Positions 10,109-17,210 of a DNA stretch of 41,996 bases are shown here, in pieces. The DNA lies in NCBI GenBank assembly GCA_903916765.1, contig CAIWXV010000014.1, forward strand, positions 1 through 41,996, written 5' to 3'. The notes beneath the pieces were generated by a model. It saw only the letters and a program-made list of their open reading frames with translations. It was not told the origin of the DNA and did no database searches. The translations under genes were made by a program, and so were the position numbers. The stretch's first letter is position 1; the number at the start of each line of letters is the position of its first letter. This DNA comes from an uncultured Dehalococcoidia bacterium. GTDB lineage: Bacteria > Chloroflexota > Dehalococcoidia > Dehalococcoidales > Fen-1064.

Positions 10109-10813
10109 ATGTTCACGATGCAAGTCATTCCTCAGGTTAATCAAATCACTGACAGATATACCAATTTTTTCCTGATTGTTGAAGATCATTTGACATTGAT
10201 TGATACTGGCTTGCGTGGTAGTATACGTGGTTTGGTTCATTTTATCCGTTCCCTGGGGCGTTCACCGGAAGAAATTAATCTCATCATTCTTACCCATAAT
10301 CATATGGATCACTTCGGGGGATTAGCTGAACTAAGAAAATTGACCAGAGCAGAGGTAGCGGCTCCGAAAAATGATTTTGTCATCGATGATAGTCCCGTAC
10401 CATATCCTGCCGGTAATTGTATCAGGAAGTTATTACAAGTGTCGGCGCTGTCTCACTTGCGCCGTAGATTCGTTCTGGAATCTAAAGATGTCGATATTCT
10501 GCTTGAGGGCGGCGAGATATTTCCTATATTAGGTGGGTTGCAGGTTATACCGACACCAGGTCATACGGCAGGAAGTATCAGCCTGTACGCTTCGCGTAAA
10601 AAACTGCTCATCGTCGGCGACGCTCTGAAGAAAAAACAGGGTATGCTTCGTTTACCACTCATAACTTTGACCTCTGATATTCAGCAGGCAGTGTCCTCAA
10701 TTCGGCGCATGTCGGAGTTGGATGTCGATATCATTCTTTTTGGCCACGGCAGGCCGGTTACCGAGAATGCAAGAGCAGGGCTGTTGAGGTTATCGGAAAG
10801 GGTAAAAGTTTGA
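10109..10813 (+). CDS. Metallo-beta-lactamase-fold hydrolase
   Basis: LIDTG, THNHMDHFGG, TPGHTAGS, VGDAL, FGHG. Start uncertain (10094, 10109 or 10118). Confidence 0.88.
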   Translation: MFTMQVIPQVNQITDRYTNFFLIVEDHLTLIDTGLRGSIRGLVHFIRSLGRSPEEINLIILTHNHMDHFGGLAELRKLTRAEVAAPKNDFVIDDSPVPYPAGNCIRKLLQVSALSHLRRRFVLESKDVDILLEGGEIFPILGGLQVIPTPGHTAGSISLYASRKKLLIVGDALKKKQGMLRLPLITLTSDIQQAVSSIRRMSELDVDIILFGHGRPVTENARAGLLRLSERVKV

Positions 10814-10839
10814 CACCATTCTCGTTGTTTGGCTAATAT
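10810..10839 (+). promoter_or_regulatory. Sigma70-type promoter, probable leaderless rsmD
   Basis: TTGACA-18 nt-TAATAT; ATG 10847 is 7 nt downstream with no SD. Confidence 0.6.
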
Positions 10840-10846
10840 TAACATA

Positions 10847-11395
10847 ATGTTACGTGTTATTACCGGCACAGCCAAAGGCACTCTTCTGAAAGTCCCCACT
10901 ACAGGTCTCCGTCCGGCAACCGACCTTGTACGCGGAGCGATTTTTTCCATATTGGAAAATCTCACCGACGATTGGTCTCGTGTACTGGATTTGTACTCGG
11001 GGAGCGGTGCTCTGGGGATTGAGGCTTTGAGCCGGGGTGCCGACTGGGTGGACTTTGTTGACCGTGAACGAAGATGTTGTGATATAATCAAATTGAATCT
11101 GGGAAAGACAAAACTCAGGGCAAAAGCCCATGTTTATTGCGGTACGGTGAACAAAACCCTCTCTTTTCTGGATAAGGAATATAGTATCGTTCTGATGGAC
11201 CCTCCTTATGCGGATACTACGATTGGTGATGTAGTGGAACAACTGGCAAATTCGAAATTGATTAATCAGGATTCAATAGTAGTGGTAGACCACTCTTCGC
11301 GGTTTCCTTTACAGGGGAAATTTGGTACTCTGAATCTTTTCAAAGAGCATCGTCATGGTGACACCACAATTTCAATCTACCGAAAGGAGAAATAA
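10847..11395 (+). CDS. rsmD: 16S rRNA m2G966 methyltransferase
   Basis: MLRVITGTAKG, RPATD, LDLYSGSGALGIEALSRGA, DPPY; adjacent to coaD. Confidence 0.93.
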   Translation: MLRVITGTAKGTLLKVPTTGLRPATDLVRGAIFSILENLTDDWSRVLDLYSGSGALGIEALSRGADWVDFVDRERRCCDIIKLNLGKTKLRAKAHVYCGTVNKTLSFLDKEYSIVLMDPPYADTTIGDVVEQLANSKLINQDSIVVVDHSSRFPLQGKFGTLNLFKEHRHGDTTISIYRKEK

Positions 11396-11396
11396 C

Positions 11397-11885
11397 ATGA
11401 CCGTGGCTGTTTATGCAGGAAGCTTTGACCCTATTACCAATGGACATCTCGATATCGCCGTCAGAGCATCGAAGATTTTCGATAAGCTGATTATCGGGAT
11501 CTATAGAAGTCCGGCGGGTAAGACTGTTCTTTTCGACACAAAAGATAGAGTCGCTATGGCGAAGAAAGCTACTAAAGATTTTCCTAATATCGAGGTTCGG
11601 CCTTTTTCCGGGATGGTGGTAGATTTCGCCAAAAAAATCGGAGCGCAGACAATGGTACGTGGCTTGAGAATGAGTACCGATTTTGAGCGCGAGTTTGAAA
11701 TGGCTCTAATGAACAAAAAACTGTGTCCGGAGTTAGAGTTGGTATGCTTGATGACAAGTCTGAGATATCAATTCCTTAGTTCCAGTCTACTCAAGGAAGT
11801 TGCGAGTCTCGGCGGTGATATTGAAAGTCTGGTGCCGGAGTATGTCGCCAAAGCCTTGAGAAAGAAACTTGTAAACAAAAAATAG
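11397..11885 (+). CDS. coaD: Phosphopantetheine adenylyltransferase
   Basis: YAGSFDPITNGHLDI, VRGLR, LSSSLLKE; SD AAGGAG before ATG 11397. Confidence 0.96.
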   Translation: MTVAVYAGSFDPITNGHLDIAVRASKIFDKLIIGIYRSPAGKTVLFDTKDRVAMAKKATKDFPNIEVRPFSGMVVDFAKKIGAQTMVRGLRMSTDFEREFEMALMNKKLCPELELVCLMTSLRYQFLSSSLLKEVASLGGDIESLVPEYVAKALRKKLVNKK

Positions 11886-11935
11886 CTTTCTAAGCACGAT
11901 GAGCTTTGTTGTCCCTAATTATCAAGGAGGTTTTT

Positions 11936-12181
11936 ATGGCGTACAAAATCAGTGAGGATTGTATCAGTTGTGGAGCCTGCGAGTCTGAGTGTCCGAATCA
12001 GGCAATCAGCGAAGGCAGTTCCACATATGTAATTAATCCTGACAAATGCACCGAGTGTGTCGGTGCTCACGATTCTTCCAAGTGTGCGGAGGTCTGTCCT
12101 GTAGATGCCTGCCAACCTGACCCCGCCCGCAAAGAAACCAAAGAAGCTCTTCTGGCGAGATATAAGAAACTTCACCCATAA
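11936..12181 (+). CDS. 2x[4Fe-4S] ferredoxin, YfhL-like
   Basis: [12 protein letters not shown] and CTECVG-x6[10 protein letters not shown] with C-terminal helix; SD AAGGAGG before ATG 11936. Confidence 0.92.
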   Translation: MAYKISEDCISCGACESECPNQAISEGSSTYVINPDKCTECVGAHDSSKCAEVCPVDACQPDPARKETKEALLARYKKLHP

Positions 12182-12185
12182 AGAT

Positions 12186-12307
12186 AAAATTCGAAATCTG
12201 AATCTCGAAGTACGAAACAATATCGAATATCTAATATTAAAGTATTGGAGATTAGTTTTTCAGTATTATTTAGAAATTAGGATTTTGTGCTTCGGATTTA
12301 GTTTAGG
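12186..12307. repeat. Inverted pair of degenerate heptamer arrays between convergent genes
   Basis: Left arm AAATTCG AAATCTG AATCTCG AAGTACG AAACAA; right arm TTAGAAA TTAGGAT TTTGTGC TTCGGAT TTAG is a reverse-complement-like copy. Confidence 0.7.
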
Positions 12308-13117
12308 TTATTTCTGACTATTGCCCAATGTTTGAGCTTTTTCGTAGGCGGCTTTTACTGCCTGGTAAACCAGGTCGCTGAAGCCGCTTTCTTCGAATTT
12401 GCGGATGGCTTCTGCGGTCGTACCTCTGGGTGAGGTTACCATTCGACGCAGTTCTGAGGGCTCCTTGCCTGATTGTTTAATAAGCTGACCTGCGCCGATC
12501 ACCGTTCCGATGACCATCTCTTTTGCCATGTCACGTGGTAAGCCTATTTTTACGGCGGCATTGGTCATAGCCTCTACGAAATAGAAAAGATAGGCAGGGC
12601 CACTTCCGCTGACTGCTGTTGCCATATCTAAGAAATGTTCCTCGTTAACATAGAACTCTTTGCCCATGGCTCCGAGAATAGCGCTCACTATCTTTTTTTG
12701 TTGGTCTGTAACTTCTTTGGTAGCTGTCCAGACGGTAACGCCCTCAACAATTTGGGCAGGGGTATTCGGCATGGAACGCACGATAGCATTGTGATTAAGT
12801 CCATGTTGGAGGGTGTTAATTCTGGCACCGGCAATGATTGAAAGCACGAGTTGATTCGGTTTAAGATGACCTATCAATTCCACCATTACATTGGTGAGTA
12901 TTTGCGGTTTAATGGCGAGGATAATTATATCTTTCTCTGTTATTGTCTGAATGTTATCAGAGGATACCTTGGCCATATACTTTTGAAAGAGGAATTGACG
13001 ACGTCCCTCGCTGATGTCGCTAACTGTTATGTCTCTGGCCGCCGCTAAGTTTTTGGTTAGTATGCCTGCCAGCATTGCCTCACCCATATTCCCGCCGCCG
13101 ATAAATGCAATTTTCAT
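12308..13117 (-). CDS. proC: Pyrroline-5-carboxylate reductase
   Basis: MKIAFIGGGNMG, RSMPNTPA, TAVSGSGPAY, VTSPRGTT; SD GAGGAG supports ATG 13117. Confidence 0.96.
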   Translation of the reverse strand: MKIAFIGGGNMGEAMLAGILTKNLAAARDITVSDISEGRRQFLFQKYMAKVSSDNIQTITEKDIIILAIKPQILTNVMVELIGHLKPNQLVLSIIAGARINTLQHGLNHNAIVRSMPNTPAQIVEGVTVWTATKEVTDQQKKIVSAILGAMGKEFYVNEEHFLDMATAVSGSGPAYLFYFVEAMTNAAVKIGLPRDMAKEMVIGTVIGAGQLIKQSGKEPSELRRMVTSPRGTTAEAIRKFEESGFSDLVYQAVKAAYEKAQTLGNSQK

Positions 13118-13202
13118 ATTTACTCCTCTCATCCTGTTGCCATACCATTACCATATTCAAATCGGGACGTGTACTATTTTATGCGTATATAAGGATATAA
13201 AA

Positions 13203-13646
13203 TTACCGCTCGAAGTAACTTTTCGGTTTTTCTTTCGCATTAAAGTGTTCCATAAGCTTTTGCCAAACGAACTCATCGCCGTTTAGTATTGGTTGATAGT
13301 TCTGTTCTACATCAGTAGCAGTCCGAGCAACAACATTTAGAAGCTTATGCCGGGGAAACATATTTCTCTGAAGATCACTGTGGTTATTAAATATTAGTCT
13401 GTCTATAAAAAGATAGGGAATACTCCGATTTCTCCGAGTAAACAGGATGTCATAATATTGTACCTGTACTGAGGCTGGTTCTTTAATGTACTTAAAACTG
13501 AATCCGACCTTGAAACTGTTAGTTCGAGGGTATTTTTCAGAAGCTAATGAAAAACCTGATGAAACCAGAAAGGCAAAACAGTCTCTAGGTGATTGGCAAA
13601 GATCTAAAAAATCTACAAAAGGCATGCCTTCTACTGGTTTCTTCAT
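13203..13646 (-). CDS. Hypothetical protein, 147 aa, AT-rich
   Basis: Fills the leuS-proC gap on the same strand; no recognisable motif. Confidence 0.55.
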   Translation of the reverse strand: MKKPVEGMPFVDFLDLCQSPRDCFAFLVSSGFSLASEKYPRTNSFKVGFSFKYIKEPASVQVQYYDILFTRRNRSIPYLFIDRLIFNNHSDLQRNMFPRHKLLNVVARTATDVEQNYQPILNGDEFVWQKLMEHFNAKEKPKSYFER

Positions 13647-13726
13647 CTTCCTAATTATCCCGATATATTAGACTAATTTGCCTGACAATCCGGATCAAGA
13701 TTGACTAGAGATAGCTTAATGCCCCC

Positions 13727-16168
13727 TTATCTCACCACGATATTTACCAGTTTCCCGGGCACATAAATAATATTTACGACCTTTTGACCTTGGATGAAAG
13801 GCTTTATTTTTTCGCTTGCCTGAGACATCTTTTTTGCTTCTTCCTCGGTAATGGAAGCAGGTATAGTAATACGGTCGCGCAGTTTACCGTTGACCTGCAC
13901 TACCAGTGTGATTTCATCTTCTTTTGCCAGTTCCTCATCCCATTTGGGCCAGGGCTGGTTATGGATACTATACTTGTGTCCCGTCCTGTGCCATAACTCT
14001 TCCGCAAGATGAGGAGCCGTGGGCGCTATCATTAGGACCAGTTTCTCGATGCTGTTTTGCCAGGCATCGTTCGTCACATTCGCCGATTCCTTGACCTTGT
14101 TGAGGTAATTCGTGTATTCCATTAACGCGGCAATCATGGTATTGAAACGCAGACGGTCCATGTCACCCGTTATTTTTTTGATAATCTGGTGTGTGATTCG
14201 CTCCAACTCTTTCATCGCGGTGGCATCATTTATTTTCGGTTGGTATTCTTCCAGCGCCAGCTTCCAGATACGATTCAGCCAGCGACTGACTCCGCTGATA
14301 CCCGTATCGAACCACTCGCCGCCCTGTTCCCATGGTCCCATGAACATCATATAGGCGCGTACCGTATCGACACCCAGTTCATTGACATATGCATCGGGGT
14401 TGATAACATTACCTTTGGATTTGCTCATCTTCTGATGGTCAGCAATGATAATGCCCTGATTGAAGAGTCTTTTGAACGGCTCTCCGAAATCGATTAATCC
14501 CATGTCCCTGATTGCTTTAGTGAAGAAGCGGGCATAGAGCAGATGCATTACGGCGTGTTCCGCACCACCGGTATAGATATCGACGGGCATCCAGTATTTG
14601 GTTTTCTCCGGGTCAAAAGCAGCTTTGTCATAGTGCGGACTACAATAGCGTAGAAAATACCAGGACGAACACATAAAACCATCAATAGTATCCGTTTCCC
14701 GTTTCCCGGGGCTGCCGCACTTCGGGCATTTGGTGTTAACCCATTTCTCGTTATACTTCAGAGGCGATTCTCCTTGGTGGCTGAAATCGGCTTCTTCGGG
14801 GAGTAGAACCGGTAAGTCTTTTTCCGGCACAGGCACAGTGCCGCATTTATCACAGTAAATCATCGGTATGGGTGCGCCCCAGTATCTCTGTCGTGAAATC
14901 AACCAGTCGCGCATGCGGTAGCTGATTGTTCCCTTTCCCCAGCCTTTTTGTTCCAGAAATGCGGTAACAGCCTTAGTACCTTCCCTGTTAGGCAATCCAT
15001 TAAATTGGCTGGAATTAATCATAGTGCCATCGTCGATATAGGCGTTCTCTAACTCCTCACCTTTCCATTCCGGAGGGGAAATAACCGTCTTGATGGGGAT
15101 GTTATATTTCTTAGCGAAAGCAAAATCGCGTTCATCATGCGCCGGCACTGCCATCACGGCTCCGGTGCCGTAACCGACTAACACGTAATCGGCAATCCAG
15201 ACAGGGACTTTGTCTCCGGTCAGTCTGTTAGTCACATAAGCGCCGGTGAAAACGCCGTCTTTTTCTTTTTCAGTGGAGAGGCGCTCTATCTCTGTGAAAC
15301 GGCGGGTTCTGGCAACATAAGCTTCAACCTCAGCTTTTTTATCAGGTGTGGTCAGTTTTGCTACTAGCGGATGCTCCGGTGCCAGTACCATGAAGGTAAC
15401 CCCGAAGACAGTATCCGGTCGGGTGGTAAATACCTTGATTTCCTTTTCTGCCACACTGGGGTGGTCGAGTGCAAAGGAAACCTCGGTGCCGTAACTTTTG
15501 CCGACCCAGTTCTTCTGCATTATCTGAATACGTTCAGGCCAATCTATTCCTTCATGTTCCATCAGTTCATCGGCATATTTCGTGATACGGAAAAGCCACT
15601 GTTCCAAATCCCGTTTTACAACTGGGGTTTCACACCGCCAGCAAAGCCCGTTTTCTACCTGCTCGTTCGCCAGTACTACTTGACATTGAGGACACCAGTT
15701 GACAGGTGCCTTGCCCCGGTAGGCTAAATCATGCTGGAACAATTTGGTGAAGAACCACTGAGTCCATTTGTAATATTTGGGATCGCAGGTAATAACTTCT
15801 CTGTTCCAGTCGTACATTGCCCCCATAGTCTTTAATTGACGGCGCATGTTCTCGATGTTCGCCATTGTCCATTTGCGAGGATGAATGCCGCGTTTGATAG
15901 CCGCATTTTCGGCGGGTAGTCCGAAAGCATCGAAACCCATCGGATGTAGGACATTGTAGCCCTGTAACCGCTTGAAACGTGCATAAACGTCGGATGGTGC
16001 CATCGCATACCAGTGCCCGATATGCAGGTCGCCGGAGGTGTAGGGGAACATCGTCAGAGCATACCATTTAGGTCGTTTGCTGTCCTCTTTGACTTCATAG
16101 AGCTTGTCGTCAGCCCATTTTTTCTGCCACTTTTTTTCGATTTCCGGTGCATTATATTTGTCTATCAT
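13727..16168 (-). CDS. leuS: Leucyl-tRNA synthetase
   Basis: MFPYTSGDLHIGH, FTTRPDT (CP1 editing domain), DWLISRQRYWG, KMSKS. Confidence 0.98.
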   Translation of the reverse strand: MIDKYNAPEIEKKWQKKWADDKLYEVKEDSKRPKWYALTMFPYTSGDLHIGHWYAMAPSDVYARFKRLQGYNVLHPMGFDAFGLPAENAAIKRGIHPRKWTMANIENMRRQLKTMGAMYDWNREVITCDPKYYKWTQWFFTKLFQHDLAYRGKAPVNWCPQCQVVLANEQVENGLCWRCETPVVKRDLEQWLFRITKYADELMEHEGIDWPERIQIMQKNWVGKSYGTEVSFALDHPSVAEKEIKVFTTRPDTVFGVTFMVLAPEHPLVAKLTTPDKKAEVEAYVARTRRFTEIERLSTEKEKDGVFTGAYVTNRLTGDKVPVWIADYVLVGYGTGAVMAVPAHDERDFAFAKKYNIPIKTVISPPEWKGEELENAYIDDGTMINSSQFNGLPNREGTKAVTAFLEQKGWGKGTISYRMRDWLISRQRYWGAPIPMIYCDKCGTVPVPEKDLPVLLPEEADFSHQGESPLKYNEKWVNTKCPKCGSPGKRETDTIDGFMCSSWYFLRYCSPHYDKAAFDPEKTKYWMPVDIYTGGAEHAVMHLLYARFFTKAIRDMGLIDFGEPFKRLFNQGIIIADHQKMSKSKGNVINPDAYVNELGVDTVRAYMMFMGPWEQGGEWFDTGISGVSRWLNRIWKLALEEYQPKINDATAMKELERITHQIIKKITGDMDRLRFNTMIAALMEYTNYLNKVKESANVTNDAWQNSIEKLVLMIAPTAPHLAEELWHRTGHKYSIHNQPWPKWDEELAKEDEITLVVQVNGKLRDRITIPASITEEEAKKMSQASEKIKPFIQGQKVVNIIYVPGKLVNIVVR

Positions 16169-16206
16169 TCTTCTGCCCTATCTTCACTATTGATATTTGA
16201 TATAAC

Positions 16207-16232
16207 AAAAAAGCCGCCCTTGTGGGGACGGC
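16207..16232 (-). terminator. Attenuator terminator upstream of leuS
   Basis: Minus strand GCCGTCCCC-ACA-AGGGCGGC followed by T6; a near copy of the ilvD terminator. Confidence 0.85.
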
Positions 16233-16262
16233 CCCTATTTAATCATGTGGAGACGGACCCAC

Positions 16263-16316
16263 TTATCGGCCTGAATATGTGATGGTAAGTGTGAAGGATA
16301 GAAGCTGTCCGTTCAT
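16263..16316 (-). CDS. leuS leader peptide, MNGQLLSFTLTITYSGR (17 aa)
   Basis: ATG to TAA with the same length and layout as the ilvD leader; Leu codons CTT, CTA, CTT. Confidence 0.78.
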   Translation of the reverse strand: MNGQLLSFTLTITYSGR

Positions 16317-16324
16317 TAATAGGT

Positions 16325-16353
16325 AAAATATCACAACTGGTGGTTATTGTCAA
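16325..16353 (-). promoter_or_regulatory. Sigma70-type promoter for the leuS leader
   Basis: TTGACA-17 nt-TATTTT with TGn extension; the leader ATG is 8 nt downstream. Confidence 0.78.
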
Positions 16354-16444
16354 TAATTCTACTCGTGGCATCGCTAATTCTTGTGCATTATCCGTTTCAT
16401 TAAATAATTAAGTGAGGCTTGCTTGCCGATATGTCCTTTTGCAG

Positions 16445-16485
16445 AGTGCCTCTTCTCCCTTGAGGGGAGAAGAGGCACTTGTTTG
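16445..16485 (+). terminator. Strong orphan hairpin, terminator-like
   Basis: Perfect 15-bp stem AGTGCCTCTTCTCCC / GGGAGAAGAGGCACT followed by TGTTTGT. Confidence 0.55.
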
Positions 16486-16654
16486 TAACTGGTGGGTCGT
16501 TGTGCGCAAATACCTATGCCTGTTAAAAATGTAGCATGCTTAGTTTTGGAGTGGCCGAGACATTATGATTAAATGAATATGAGTTTGCAAAAAATTGAGT
16601 AATACATTTACAATAAAACATTACACCCAAGTCGCAAAGAAAGAGAATTCGGAA

Positions 16655-16969
16655 ATGAGGCGTTCCACCATTATTGGGACCGGCTTTTATGTGCTACCAA
16701 AAGTAGTCACTAACAACGACCTTTCTAAATTTATGGATACCTCGGATGAGTGGATTCAGGAGCGCATCGGTATCAAAGAATGCCACTTTGCAGAAAATGG
16801 TTTAGGTTCCTCCGACCTTGCAAAAATTGCGGCTGAGCGTGCACTTGCCGATGCAGGTATGACTACTAAAGATATCGATATGATTGTCTACGCAACTCTC
16901 AACCCGGATTTCTGTATTCCCATCTCCGGATTTACTTGGGGAGTTTTCTTAATGAGCTGGAGTATCTGA
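16655..16969 (+). pseudogene. fabH: 3-oxoacyl-ACP synthase III with a large in-frame internal deletion
   Basis: N-terminus (IGTGFY..VVTNNDL..MDTSDEWIQERIGI..SDLA..AAERAL..YATLNPD) joins directly to the C-terminal SGFTWG...W motif; only 104 aa; the catalytic Cys/His/Asn region is missing. Confidence 0.85.
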
Positions 16970-16999
16970 AAATGCGCAATTTGGCGTATTCATTTTGAA

Positions 17000-17029
17000 T
17001 TGACGTTCATAGCTAGTTCGTAGTAAAAT
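17000..17029 (+). promoter_or_regulatory. Putative acs promoter
   Basis: TTGACG-18 nt-TAAAAT. Confidence 0.55.
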
Positions 17030-17210
17030 AGCTTGATTCTTGGGTGAGACAGAGTTCAGGAAAGAGTACTGTTAGTTGATCAACAATGTCCAAATTGCTA
17101 AAAGTTCCAGCGTATTTATCAGTTTTTATTCTTGGAATGGTTCCCCATTTCGTGTTGTCGTAAATAAGGCGGGTGACACCTGCCACAGATAAGGAGTGTT
17201 TGGAGCAAAT

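Noticed and set aside
12186-12307. CRISPR array, or the 12105-12317 ORF
   Set aside because: There is no repeat-spacer structure and no cas gene; the ORF is a translation of the heptamer element.
16200-16360. T-box riboswitch upstream of leuS (also considered for ilvD and pheS)
   Set aside because: No GGTGGNACC T-box motif and no room for stem I between promoter and terminator. A leader ORF explains the ilvD and leuS layouts, and pheS has only a 27-nt gap.
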